From assembly GCA_028345955.1 (NCBI GenBank), contig JAOMEO010000001.1:48739-112738 (forward strand): 64,000 nucleotides of DNA, in the 5' to 3' direction. The notes below the pieces were generated by a model that was given only the letters and a program-made list of their open reading frames with translations, had not been told where the DNA came from and made no database searches. This DNA is from Candidatus Thioglobus sp. GTDB lineage: Bacteria; Pseudomonadota; Gammaproteobacteria; PS1; Pseudothioglobaceae. Both the position numbers and the translations under genes were made by a program. The first letter of the stretch is position 1, and each line of letters opens with the position of its first letter. Shown in pieces: positions 11,765 to 21,539 of this stretch.

Positions 11765-13603
11765 ATGAAAGCAACCACAGAAGCCCACAAACAAGCACTA
11801 AATAGCCTAATCACAATAGGTAAAGAGCAGGGCTATTTAACTTACTCCGAAATTAATGACCTTCTTCCAGAAGACTTACTAACCCCTGAACAAGTAGAAC
11901 CGATTGTTACTATTTTAGAAGAATTAGATATAATTGTTGCTGATGAGGCACCTGATGCGGATACGTTAGTCATGGAATCAGGTGGAAAGGCGCAAGCTAA
12001 CTCTGCCGAAGTTGCTGTCGCTGCACTAGCTGCACTTGATTCAGAATTTGGAAGAACTACTGACCCTGTCCGGATGTATATGAGAGAGATGGGTGTAGTG
12101 GAGCTACTTGAACAAAAAGACGAAGTTCGAATTGCAAAGGAGATAGAAGCAGGCGTCTATCAAGTTATGCAAGCCATTTCACTTTATCCTGAAATTTCTG
12201 ATTACTTCTTTAAAGCGTATACAAGACTCGAGGAGGGGAAATGTAAAATGACTGACGTTGTCATTGGTTACCAAGGCGATGCTGAAGAGTTTGAAGAAAA
12301 GCAGGCGCTTATTATTGAAAAACAAGCCCAAATTGATGAATTAGAACTTGACGAGATTAACGAAGAAGAGGAAGAGGAATTTGACGAGTTGGAATACACA
12401 GGGCCTGACGAAGGAGAAGTATATGATCGCTTTGAGAAAATTCAAAAAACTTTTAAGAGTTATACTAGAGCTAATAATAAGCTTGGTTATCTTGATAATA
12501 AAACAATCAAAGCTAGACAGAAATTCTCAGAATGCATCTCAGAGTTGAGGTTGGCACCAAAATTAGTTAGCACTATGATAGAAGTTGTCTCTCATCGCAT
12601 TGATGACGTAAAAAAAGAAGAAAATATAATCCGCCAAGCATGTTTTGATGCTGGCATGCCAAGACAACTCTTTTATGATTCTTTTCCTGATAATGAAACT
12701 AACTTTGATTGGCTGACATTGACTGACTTTGATAAAACTTTACAAAAAGCTTTAAAAGCTCATAAAGATGAAATCTACTATGCACAAAAAAGCCTTTTAG
12801 AACATGAAAATTCAATGCAAATTACTATATCTGAGTTAAAAGCTATCAATAAAAAACTTCGACAAGGTGACCGTAAGGCAAAAAATGCCAAAAGTCAAAT
12901 GATTGAAGCTAATTTACGCCTTGTTATTTCAATCGCGAAGAAATATGCTAACCGTGGTTTACAATTCTTAGATCTAATTCAAGAAGGTAATGTTGGCTTA
13001 ATGAAAGCAGTTGATAAGTTTGAGTACCGTCGTGGTTACAAATTCTCAACTTATGCTACTTGGTGGATTCGTCAAGCGATTACTCGTTCAATTGCTGACC
13101 AAGCTCGTACAATTCGTATCCCTGTACATATGATTGAAACAATTAACAAACTAAATCGAGTGCGACGACAGCTTTTACAAAGATTTGGACGAGAGGCCAC
13201 ACCAGAAGAACTTGCAATAGAGATGGAATTACCAGAATATAAAATTAATAAAATTCTAAAAATTGCTAAAGAACCTTTATCTATGGAGAATCCAGTTGGT
13301 GACGATGAAGATTCTACGATTGGTGATTTTATCGAAGATGAAAAACTATCTTCACCAGTTGAAGTTACCACTCGTGAGAGTCTAAAAGAAACGACTGGCG
13401 ACCTTTTGGCTAATTTATCTCCAAGAGAAGCTAAAGTTTTGAAAATGCGTTTCGGAATCGATATGAGCACAGATCATACTTTAGAAGAGGTCGGCAGACA
13501 ATTTGACGTTACACGAGAAAGAATTCGACAAATTGAAGCAAAAGCGTTACGTAAATTGAGACATCCATCACGTGCTCATAAATTACAAAGCTTTTTGGAA
13601 TAA
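11765..13603 (+). CDS. rpoD: RNA polymerase primary sigma factor sigma70
   Basis: Region 1.1 [72 protein letters not shown]; TATAAT at 11730-11735. Confidence 0.99.
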   Translation: MKATTEAHKQALNSLITIGKEQGYLTYSEINDLLPEDLLTPEQVEPIVTILEELDIIVADEAPDADTLVMESGGKAQANSAEVAVAALAALDSEFGRTTDPVRMYMREMGVVELLEQKDEVRIAKEIEAGVYQVMQAISLYPEISDYFFKAYTRLEEGKCKMTDVVIGYQGDAEEFEEKQALIIEKQAQIDELELDEINEEEEEEFDELEYTGPDEGEVYDRFEKIQKTFKSYTRANNKLGYLDNKTIKARQKFSECISELRLAPKLVSTMIEVVSHRIDDVKKEENIIRQACFDAGMPRQLFYDSFPDNETNFDWLTLTDFDKTLQKALKAHKDEIYYAQKSLLEHENSMQITISELKAINKKLRQGDRKAKNAKSQMIEANLRLVISIAKKYANRGLQFLDLIQEGNVGLMKAVDKFEYRRGYKFSTYATWWIRQAITRSIADQARTIRIPVHMIETINKLNRVRRQLLQRFGREATPEELAIEMELPEYKINKILKIAKEPLSMENPVGDDEDSTIGDFIEDEKLSSPVEVTTRESLKETTGDLLANLSPREAKVLKMRFGIDMSTDHTLEEVGRQFDVTRERIRQIEAKALRKLRHPSRAHKLQSFLE

Positions 13604-13613
13604 TTCCTACTCC

Positions 13614-13690
13614 GGGCCTATAGCTCAGCTGGTTAGAGCAGTCGACTCATAATCGATTGGTCCTTGGTTCAAGTCCAAGTAGGCCCACCA
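13614..13690 (+). tRNA. ileX: tRNA-Ile2 (anticodon CAT, lysidine-modified; automatic tools may call it Met)
   Basis: GGGCCTA/TAGGCCC acceptor stem, D-arm AGCTCAGCTGGTTAGAGC, anticodon arm GTCGA-CTCATAA-TCGAT, GGTTCAAGTCC T-arm, encoded CCA; sequence and position after rpoD resemble E. coli ileX. Confidence 0.93.
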
Positions 13691-13698
13691 AACTCAAT

Positions 13699-13730
13699 AA
13701 AAAAAACCTAGCTTAATGCTAGGTTTTTTT
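13699..13730 (+). terminator. Intrinsic (probably bidirectional) terminator after tRNA
   Basis: AAAAAAAACCTAGC-TTAAT-GCTAGGTTTTTTT. Confidence 0.9.
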
Positions 13731-13790
13731 ATGGATAGTCAACATTTAAATTCTTATAAAATTGATATATTCAATATATTTATTATAAGA

Positions 13791-15869
13791 ATGCTAAAAA
13801 TTATTTTTGTACTCCTTTTTATAACTTTTCAGTCATTAGCTGAAGATTCAGGAAAACAATTGCCTCCCTGTGAAGGAGACTACTGGACAAAGTGTTTTGG
13901 AGAATACGTAACTAGCGAGGCAACATATACTGGCGAATGGATCAATGACTTTTTGAATGGTGAAGCGACTATAGTTTGGTCGGATGGAAGTTCATATATT
14001 GGGGAATTTCTTGATGGTGATTTTCATGGACTTGGAACTTATGATTGGAGTGACGGAGAAAAATATGTCGGTGAATGGCTTGAGAATAAATTCCATGGAT
14101 TAGGAAAATACTTATGGGACGATGGAACCGTAGAGTTTGGAATTTTCTACAATGATGAAATGGTTAAGAAATTAACAGCTGAATTATTCGAAAAGGAGGC
14201 AATACGCCTTGGAATAGCGATGGACTTCTTTAATGACATTGAAAATACCGAAAAAGAACAAGCAGAAGCCGTAAAAGAACTACCTACTTGCGAAGGAGAT
14301 CACTGGACAAACTGTTATGGAATTTATACCAGTGAATGGGCGGAAGGCCATAGATTTGAAGGTGAATTTCTTGACGGTTCATTTTTTTATGGAATCTATA
14401 CCTGGCCGGATGGACGGACATATGAAGGTCAATGGCGCGACCAACACAGATACGGTTTGGGAATTGCTAGACATCCAGGCGGTTCCATTGAAAAGATGGG
14501 ATTCTGGGAAAAAGGAAATCTGGTATCCAGAATACCTGAATGGCGTGACTTATTTGAAGGCGAACCACCCAAAATTGCTCGCGAGCTAATATGCCAGTCA
14601 GACAATCGAGAAAACTGCTACGGCACCGTTATGGAACGAGGTCAATACATATACCAAGGCAAGTTTGTTAATAACAAAAAGCATGATATAGGCAATATAG
14701 TCTATGCAGATAGGTCGAAATATTCCGGTGAATGGAGTGAAGATAAATTCCATGGACAAGGCACTTATAAATGGGGGGATGGAGAAAAATATGTCGGTGG
14801 ATGGCTCGAGGGTAAATTCCATGGACAAGGAACCCTCATCACTGCCGAAGGTGACGAATTTAAGGGCGAGTGGGTTGAAGACAAAAAACAAGGTCAGGGA
14901 ACCTATAAGTGGGCAAATGGTGAAACATACATAGGCGAGTGGCTTGAAAACGATAAACACGGTTTGGGAATTATGTATTATGCCGATGGATCGGTTTATA
15001 GAGGAGAGTGGGAGTATGGTAAATTGACTGAACAATTAACCCCTTCATCATTCGAAAACAGAAAAAAACTTCTTGATAGAGGTATTGAAATACCAGGAAC
15101 GGATTTTATCACCTATCTAGAACCATGCCTGGATGAGGAAATTTTTGATGATTATTTCAATGCTTACGTTATACCTGAAGCAATTTTAAAGAATGTTGTC
15201 GAGAAAGGAGGACGGGTTAGAGTCAGTAAGGAAAATGACTGGCGTATTGATAAAGAAGTTTATGTATTGTACGGAGATCTTCATACAATTTGGGACAACT
15301 GTTATAGTGAATTTAATTTTGGATATCGGGATTATGACGGTGAATGGCAAGGTGGCCGATTTAATGGCAAAGGCGTTTTAAAGTACGACTCTGGTGAAAT
15401 ATACACCGGTGAGTTCAAAAATGACCAGATACATGGACAAGGCACATTTGTTCAAACGATACAACACTACGATAATGAAAATGAAAGGGCTTACAAGAAG
15501 TCGTTTGAGGGTGAATATCTTAACGGCAAAGAACATAAAGGAACTATGATTTACACGGATGGCAGTAAATATGAAGGGGAATGGGAAAATGGCAAATTTC
15601 ATGGCCAAGGCAAGCACACCCTAAATGACGGTGAATATTACGAAGGGGGATGGGATAAGGGATTGAGGCATGGCTGGGGGAAAATCGTTCATAGCGGTGA
15701 TGGCGGTATAACTGAGGGCGAATTTGTCTATGGAGAACCACCTGGATGTAATCCCTATAGAGAAGCTATAAAGATTTATGGTTCGTTTGGTCAAGGAATA
15801 AATCCGGAATATTTTATCGACGAGATTCTTGCTGAAGCCTGGGCTAAGTGTTTAGATGAAGGATTATAA
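13791..15869 (+). CDS. Secreted MORN-repeat protein with Cys-pair modules
   Basis: Signal peptide MLKIIFVLLFITFQSLA-E; many YxGxWxxxKxHGxGxxxWxDG repeats; ORF-track start 13716 lies inside the terminator. Confidence 0.88.
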   Translation: MLKIIFVLLFITFQSLAEDSGKQLPPCEGDYWTKCFGEYVTSEATYTGEWINDFLNGEATIVWSDGSSYIGEFLDGDFHGLGTYDWSDGEKYVGEWLENKFHGLGKYLWDDGTVEFGIFYNDEMVKKLTAELFEKEAIRLGIAMDFFNDIENTEKEQAEAVKELPTCEGDHWTNCYGIYTSEWAEGHRFEGEFLDGSFFYGIYTWPDGRTYEGQWRDQHRYGLGIARHPGGSIEKMGFWEKGNLVSRIPEWRDLFEGEPPKIARELICQSDNRENCYGTVMERGQYIYQGKFVNNKKHDIGNIVYADRSKYSGEWSEDKFHGQGTYKWGDGEKYVGGWLEGKFHGQGTLITAEGDEFKGEWVEDKKQGQGTYKWANGETYIGEWLENDKHGLGIMYYADGSVYRGEWEYGKLTEQLTPSSFENRKKLLDRGIEIPGTDFITYLEPCLDEEIFDDYFNAYVIPEAILKNVVEKGGRVRVSKENDWRIDKEVYVLYGDLHTIWDNCYSEFNFGYRDYDGEWQGGRFNGKGVLKYDSGEIYTGEFKNDQIHGQGTFVQTIQHYDNENERAYKKSFEGEYLNGKEHKGTMIYTDGSKYEGEWENGKFHGQGKHTLNDGEYYEGGWDKGLRHGWGKIVHSGDGGITEGEFVYGEPPGCNPYREAIKIYGSFGQGINPEYFIDEILAEAWAKCLDEGL

Positions 15870-15874
15870 AAGCT

Positions 15875-16630
15875 ATGTTTTCAAAACTACTTCCGCAGTT
15901 GATCTCACTTACCATTGAGGCAGGGAGTACAGTCCTTTCTCTTCAATCGAATGCTCCAGATTATTCCACTAAGAAAGATAAAACACCGGTCACAGAAGCA
16001 GATAAAGCTTCAAACAAAATAATTGTAAGTTACCTAGAAAAATTAATTCCAAATATTCCAATACTTTCTGAAGAGTCTAAAGAAGTTCCTTTTTCAGAAA
16101 GAAAAAAATGGAGCAAGTATTGGCTTATTGATCCTCTAGATGGAACAAGAGATTTTATAGAAGGTTCTAGAGATTTTTGTATTAGTATTGCCTTGATTGA
16201 AAACAATTATCCTATTTTTGGTCTTATCTATTCACCCTTTAATAAAATTCATTATTACCGATTACCAGGGGAAAGCTCGATTAAACTTGTAGATGATATC
16301 TGTTATAAACTTCATACTCAAAAACCTATTCGTTGGGAAAATATTGTCTTTGGTAGATATTCAACAAATAACAAACAACTCCAAAAACACCTCCGATCAA
16401 AAACTAATTTTGAAACTTTTCGTATAGGAAGTGCTCTAAAGTTTTGCTTAATTGCTGAAGGGATTTACCATTATTACCCTAAATTTGGCCGTTGCTCTGA
16501 ATGGGATACGGCTGCTGGAGTTTGCATTTTAGAAGGTGCAGGAGGTAAGGTTTTAGATTTGCAAGGACAGTTCCTTAAATACAATACTAAAGAAGATATC
16601 AAGAGCCCTCCATTTTTCGCCAGTGCTTAA
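15875..16630 (+). CDS. cysQ: 3'(2'),5'-bisphosphate nucleotidase
   Basis: KKDKTPVTEAD, ILSEE, WLIDPLDGTRDF, GSALKFCLIAEG, EWDTAAG. Confidence 0.93.
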   Translation: MFSKLLPQLISLTIEAGSTVLSLQSNAPDYSTKKDKTPVTEADKASNKIIVSYLEKLIPNIPILSEESKEVPFSERKKWSKYWLIDPLDGTRDFIEGSRDFCISIALIENNYPIFGLIYSPFNKIHYYRLPGESSIKLVDDICYKLHTQKPIRWENIVFGRYSTNNKQLQKHLRSKTNFETFRIGSALKFCLIAEGIYHYYPKFGRCSEWDTAAGVCILEGAGGKVLDLQGQFLKYNTKEDIKSPPFFASA

Positions 16631-17448
16631 TCAAATTGTAATGATAGGTCAATCGCTTTAATATTTTTAGTAATTGAACCTATTGAGATAAAATTCACAC
16701 CTGTTTCAGCATATTCAATTATATTTTTTTCATTTATATTTCCAGAAGTTTCTAAGGGATATATTCCTTTAGCCATAGTTACTGCTTCGAGTAACTCCTG
16801 AGGAGAAAAATTATCACAAAGGATTCGGGTTATACCTTTTATTGATAAAGCCCTCTTAAGTTGATCAAATGACTCAACTTCAACAATAACAGGCTTATTT
16901 GGAAACTCAAGAAGAGCCTTCTCTATAGATTTTTCAAGTGAACCAATCGATAAAATATGATTTTCTTTAAGCAAAACACAGTCGAACAAGCCCATACGAT
17001 GATTCGATCCACCACCACACTTAACAGCATGTTTTTGAGCATACCTCAAATTTGGAATAGTTTTACGAGTATCCAATAATTTTGAATTCGTATGTTTAAT
17101 CATATCCACTAAGTGTTTAGTTTGAGTTGCTGTGCCACTGAGAGTTTGTAGAAAATTAAGTGCAGTTCGTTCCGCACTGATTATTGCTTGGGATTTTCCT
17201 TTAAGATGACAAATTACAAAACCAGGGCTTACCTCTTCCCCTTCTTTAATTTTCCAGTTTATTTCGATATTCGGGTCAAGGGTTGAAAAACAAAGACCAG
17301 AATACTCAATTCCACAAATTATTGCTTTTTCACGGCAGATGATTTTAGCACTTGTAACATTATCAACAAGCAAGCTAGATGACAAGTCTCCAGTTCCAAT
17401 ATCCTCTGATAAGGCCATATTAACAATTTGTCGTAGAATCTTACTCAT
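16627..17448 (-). CDS. nadC: Nicotinate-nucleotide diphosphorylase (quinolinate phosphoribosyltransferase)
   Basis: AERTALNFLQTLSG, LDTRKT, NHRMGLFD, LKENH, VEVE. Confidence 0.97.
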   Translation of the reverse strand: MSKILRQIVNMALSEDIGTGDLSSSLLVDNVTSAKIICREKAIICGIEYSGLCFSTLDPNIEINWKIKEGEEVSPGFVICHLKGKSQAIISAERTALNFLQTLSGTATQTKHLVDMIKHTNSKLLDTRKTIPNLRYAQKHAVKCGGGSNHRMGLFDCVLLKENHILSIGSLEKSIEKALLEFPNKPVIVEVESFDQLKRALSIKGITRILCDNFSPQELLEAVTMAKGIYPLETSGNINEKNIIEYAETGVNFISIGSITKNIKAIDLSLQFD

Positions 17449-18526
17449 TCACCAACTTGAGAATTGCTTTTGCAGATTGAGCACTAGACTCTTGATGTAA
17501 TTGGCTATGAATCTTTTTTAATTCAGATACTAGTTTCGAATTATCAGAGACGATTATTTGCATAGCAACGCTTGCAATATTTTTTCCATTAGCACTGTCT
17601 TGAATCAATTCTGGAACAACTTCTTTTCCTAAAATAACATTCGGTAGAGAAATAAAATTAGTTCTTAAAAGGCGTTTTACAATTTGATAGCTGACGCCTG
17701 AAAGTTTATAAACAACTACCATTGGTACACCAAGCAACGCTATTTCAAGTGTTGCAGTACCCGAGGCAACGATCACTAAATCTGATTTTACAATTTGTTC
17801 ATAAGCATCACCAACGCTGAGTTCTATCCCTAATTTATTGATTTGATCTTTAACCCACTTCTTAAAGTGGTCATTAGCAAGAACCAATGAGAATTGAATT
17901 TTTGAATCGTGTTCACGCATTAAATTAACAGTAGATAACAATTCAGGCAACAAAGATTTTATTTCTGCCTCACGAGATCCAGGCATCAATAAAATTTTTT
18001 TGCTTGGCTTGTAGTTTTTTCTGGGTTGCAATTTTTCAGTCAGAGGATGACCAACAAATAACGCTTTTTGGCCATGTTTTTCATAAAAATCTACTTCAAA
18101 AGGAAAAAGGCAAAGCATTAAATCTGTTGAAGCTTTAATTTTTTTTATTCGATTCGAACGCCATGCCCATAATTTTGGACTTATGAAATGAATAGTTTTC
18201 ACACCATGCTGTTTGAGTTTGTGCTCAATCTTAAAATTAAAGTCAGGAGAATCTACACCGATAAAAACATCTGGTTTATTTTCAGAAAAGTATTTAATCA
18301 TTGAATTTCTTAATCGCAATAATGAAGGTAGCTTATTGACTACTTCAGTTAGTCCCATCACGTTAGCCTGATCAATATGCCACAACCTTTGACAACCTGC
18401 ATCACTCATCTTGTCACCAACCAAACCCTCTATTTGACAATCGGGTTGATATTCAAGTAAAGATTTAACTAGGTCAGAGGCGATAAGATCACCCGAAGTT
18501 TCAGCTGCACTAATTGCAATTTTCAT
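17441..18526 (-). CDS. lpxB: Lipid-A-disaccharide synthase
   Basis: ETSGD, DSPDFN, WAWR, FPFE, VGHPL, PGSR, SGTATLE, LPN. Confidence 0.97.
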   Translation of the reverse strand: MKIAISAAETSGDLIASDLVKSLLEYQPDCQIEGLVGDKMSDAGCQRLWHIDQANVMGLTEVVNKLPSLLRLRNSMIKYFSENKPDVFIGVDSPDFNFKIEHKLKQHGVKTIHFISPKLWAWRSNRIKKIKASTDLMLCLFPFEVDFYEKHGQKALFVGHPLTEKLQPRKNYKPSKKILLMPGSREAEIKSLLPELLSTVNLMREHDSKIQFSLVLANDHFKKWVKDQINKLGIELSVGDAYEQIVKSDLVIVASGTATLEIALLGVPMVVVYKLSGVSYQIVKRLLRTNFISLPNVILGKEVVPELIQDSANGKNIASVAMQIIVSDNSKLVSELKKIHSQLHQESSAQSAKAILKLVNE

Positions 18527-18571
18527 TGTCTAAGATCATTATAAATTGTAAGATTGAGTCTATATAAACAC

Positions 18572-18874
18572 TCATGTCCTAGGCAAAATAATACTAGGGT
18601 TCTCATCAAAAGGTCGGTAAATAATCAATACACCACCAATAACTTGTACTAATGCTGCTTTTGAGAAATTTAGTATTTTGTCTACTATCTGTTGTCTCTC
18701 ATCACGATCACTAGCACGAACTTTTATTTTAAGAAGTTCATGCTTGGTCATTGTTGATTCTAGTTCAGCTAAAACAGCATCGCTAAGGCCCTGTTGACCA
18801 ATCATTACAATCGGCTTTAAGTTATGTGCAAGTGAACGCAAATGTTTTTTTTGGTTATTAGTTAATTTCATCAT
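18572..18874 (-). CDS. yhbY: CRM-domain ribosome assembly RNA-binding protein
   Basis: LTNNQKKHLRSLAHNLKPIVMIGQQG, HELLKIK, VQVIG. Confidence 0.93.
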   Translation of the reverse strand: MMKLTNNQKKHLRSLAHNLKPIVMIGQQGLSDAVLAELESTMTKHELLKIKVRASDRDERQQIVDKILNFSKAALVQVIGGVLIIYRPFDENPSIILPRT

Positions 18875-20111
18875 TGAAGATAAATTCATTTTCAAATAAA
18901 GAACTAACAGTTTCACGTTTCCGTACTAATGCATGGTGACTTCCAGATACCATAACCTCTGCAACTCTTGGCCTAGTATTATAATTGGAACTTAAAACAA
19001 AACCATAAGCGCCTGCAGACATAAAAGCAATATAATCTCCCTGTGTGAGTGTTAATTCTCTATCTTTTGCCAAGAAATCACCAGTCTCGCAAATCGGTCC
19101 AACTAAATCCCAAGTATCTTTTATTCCCTTTGAATTATCTTCAACAGCAATAGCTTGGTGATATGAACCATAAAGAGAAGGGCGCAGCAAGTCATTCATT
19201 GCACCATCTATAATAGCGAATGATTTAACACCACTTTGCTTGAGATATTCAACCTGAGTGACAAAAATACCGGCATCTCCAACAATAGCTCGACCAGGCT
19301 CCAGTATTACTTCTAGATCACCAACCTTATCGAGTACTGATCGAATATATTGTTCAATATTAATGGTTTTTTCTGCATTGTATGCAATACCCACACCGCC
19401 ACCTATGTCTATATGTGATATCTTAATTCCTTCAGCTTTCAATTTTGATATCAACTCTAGCGCCTTTTCAAGGGCTTCAATAAAAGGTGAAACTTCAGTA
19501 ATTTGGGAGCCAATATGATAATCTAAACCAAAAACATCTAAATGCTGTGAATGTTCTGCTTTTTTGTATAACGCTAGAGCTGTGTCAATACTAACTCCAA
19601 ACTTATTTTCTTTTAGACCTGTTGCAATATAAGGATGAGTATTAGCATCGACATCTGGATTTACACGAATTGAAATCGGCGCCTTAGTACTCATTAATTT
19701 TGCTACTGACTCAACACTATCTAACTCAGCTGCGGACTCAACATTAAAACATAAAATTCCTAGCTCCAATGCTCTATGAATTTCTGTTTTTGTTTTAGAG
19801 ACTCCTGAAAATACGCAACGTTCTGGTTTTCCACCTGCAGCGATGACTCTTTCTAGCTCGCCTATAGAAACAATATCAAAACCAGAACCCAGATTCGCCA
19901 AAACACTTAACACACCTAAATTTGAATTGGCTTTAACTCCATAACAGATCAGATGAGGATGTCCTCCAAAAGCCTGATCAAATTTCTGCCAATTTGATAC
20001 TATTTGACCATGAGAGTATATATAAAGTGGAGAACCATACTCTACCATTAAGTCAGTTACTGGAACAGACTCAGCATACAAGGCTTTATTTTTAAAGGAA
20101 AATGTATTCAA
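18858..20111 (-). CDS. lysA: Diaminopimelate decarboxylase
   Basis: YGVKANSN, FDIVSIGE, HIGSQI, EPGR, GPICETGD, SNYNTRPR; TTG start. Confidence 0.97.
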   Translation of the reverse strand: MNTFSFKNKALYAESVPVTDLMVEYGSPLYIYSHGQIVSNWQKFDQAFGGHPHLICYGVKANSNLGVLSVLANLGSGFDIVSIGELERVIAAGGKPERCVFSGVSKTKTEIHRALELGILCFNVESAAELDSVESVAKLMSTKAPISIRVNPDVDANTHPYIATGLKENKFGVSIDTALALYKKAEHSQHLDVFGLDYHIGSQITEVSPFIEALEKALELISKLKAEGIKISHIDIGGGVGIAYNAEKTINIEQYIRSVLDKVGDLEVILEPGRAIVGDAGIFVTQVEYLKQSGVKSFAIIDGAMNDLLRPSLYGSYHQAIAVEDNSKGIKDTWDLVGPICETGDFLAKDRELTLTQGDYIAFMSAGAYGFVLSSNYNTRPRVAEVMVSGSHHALVRKRETVSSLFENEFIFNDEIN

Positions 20112-20123
20112 TGAACTCGAACG

Positions 20124-20258
20124 CTAGTCTGTACTTGAGGTCGCGTTTTCAGAAGCAGCTTGAGTATCTGTATCAGGTACCAAGTCACCCATTCTTCCAC
20201 ACGCAATCAAAGTGAGCGTAAACGATACGATCATGATTAATTTCAACAGGTTTTTCAT
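20124..20258 (-). CDS. Small lipoprotein, LptM/YifL/LppL-like (44 aa)
   Basis: Not in ORF track. MKNLLKLIMIVSFTLTLIA-CGRMGDLVPDTDTQAASENATSSTD; lipobox LIAC, CGxxGxL motif, directly upstream of lysA as with lppL-lysA in Pseudomonas. Confidence 0.8.
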   Translation of the reverse strand: MKNLLKLIMIVSFTLTLIACGRMGDLVPDTDTQAASENATSSTD

Positions 20259-20292
20259 ATTGTCTCACTTACTTTGCTTTAATAGGGCTATT

Positions 20293-20952
20293 TTACACAA
20301 AGGCCTTAAGCTGTTGTATAAACAAATCTCGAGGTAGTCTGAATGCTCCTAAACTTTGAAGATGTTTGTTTTCTACTTGACAATCTATTAATCGATAATG
20401 ACTATTTTCAAGAAGATAAGCAAAAGCAACCTTTGAACCATTACTCACTAATGAAAACATAGATTCACCAAAAAAAACAGCTCCTAAAGCAACTCCGTAC
20501 AAACCACCAACAAGTTTATCCTTCTCATAAACCTCGTATGAATGCGCGTACCCTTCCTTATTAAGATTACAATAAGCTTTGACCATGGCAGTATCTATCC
20601 AGGTACCAGCTTGACCAGGCCTAATCACTGAACGACAATGAGTAATAACATCTTCGAAAGCAGTGTCTATACGAACTTCAAATCGAGATGAATGAGTAAT
20701 TTTTTTTAAACTTTTTGAAAGATGAAGCTTATCAGGTGTTATAACCATCCTTGGATCAGGCGAATACCATAAAATCGGTTCACCATCGCTATACCAAGGG
20801 AATATGCCTTTTGAGTACGCATCTAACAACCTCTCAATAGATAAATCACCACCAATGGCAATCAGGCCATTAGGCTCTTTTAATGCCAAACATAAATCTG
20901 GGAAAGGTGTGTCACATTGATCAAGCCAAAAATGAGATGGAATCTCAATCAC
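20293..20952 (-). CDS. aat: Leucyl/phenylalanyl-tRNA-protein transferase
   Basis: EPNGLIAIGGDL, GIFPW, SPDPR, GGLYGV, FFGESMFS, IDCQ. Confidence 0.96.
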   Translation of the reverse strand: MIEIPSHFWLDQCDTPFPDLCLALKEPNGLIAIGGDLSIERLLDAYSKGIFPWYSDGEPILWYSPDPRMVITPDKLHLSKSLKKITHSSRFEVRIDTAFEDVITHCRSVIRPGQAGTWIDTAMVKAYCNLNKEGYAHSYEVYEKDKLVGGLYGVALGAVFFGESMFSLVSNGSKVAFAYLLENSHYRLIDCQVENKHLQSLGAFRLPRDLFIQQLKAFV

Positions 20953-20954
20953 TT

Positions 20955-21509
20955 TTAACGATTACGAATAATCTCTCGTACCATATACAGTGCCAGTATA
21001 CTTCGAGCTTCTGTCAAATCTTCATCATAAGTTAATTGATCTAAGTTGGAAAGTTTATGAGACACAATTTCCAGTGGTTCCGGTTCATCACCTTCTGCTA
21101 TTTCTTCATATAGATTCTCTGCGAGAACGATATGTGTTGTATTTGATTGATAACCTGGAGCCAACGTAATGGTTTTAAGGAAAGTAAACTTATTAGCTCC
21201 ATAACCAATCTCTTCTTTGAGCTCTCTTGACGCTGCTTCAATCGGGGTTTCACCTTTGTCTATCTTACCTTTCGTCAAACCCAATTCATAACACTCAGTG
21301 CCGGCAGAGAACTCATAAATCATCAACACGGTATCGTCATCCAACATCGGCACTATCAGAACAGCACCATTACCTTTTGGATTGAGTCGCTCATATGTTC
21401 GCTTCGTACCATTTGAAAATTCAACATCCATGGACTCGACATTAAAGACATGGCTTCGGGCAACAGTTTGAACGTTAGTTACTTTTGGATTTTTTCTCAT
21501 AGATGCCAT
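20955..21509 (-). CDS. nudE: ADP compounds hydrolase (Nudix)
   Basis: EFSNGTKRTYERL, Nudix box GKIDKGETPIEAASRELKEEIGY, EGDEPEPL, EARS. Confidence 0.9.
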   Translation of the reverse strand: MASMRKNPKVTNVQTVARSHVFNVESMDVEFSNGTKRTYERLNPKGNGAVLIVPMLDDDTVLMIYEFSAGTECYELGLTKGKIDKGETPIEAASRELKEEIGYGANKFTFLKTITLAPGYQSNTTHIVLAENLYEEIAEGDEPEPLEIVSHKLSNLDQLTYDEDLTEARSILALYMVREIIRNR

Positions 21510-21539
21510 TATCCCAGCTGTTGGATGGTTTTCAGATTA

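Noticed and set aside
13716-13790. ORF-track N-terminal extension of the MORN protein
   Set aside because: It starts inside the terminator hairpin; ATG 13791 gives a proper signal peptide.
13860-15730. Repeats that might be CRISPR or non-coding tandem repeats
   Set aside because: They are degenerate, in-frame MORN coding repeats with no constant repeat-spacer structure and no cas genes.
13614-15875. Integrative element at tRNA-Ile2
   Set aside because: No integrase and no duplicated tRNA 3' end seen; the MORN gene abuts cysQ directly.
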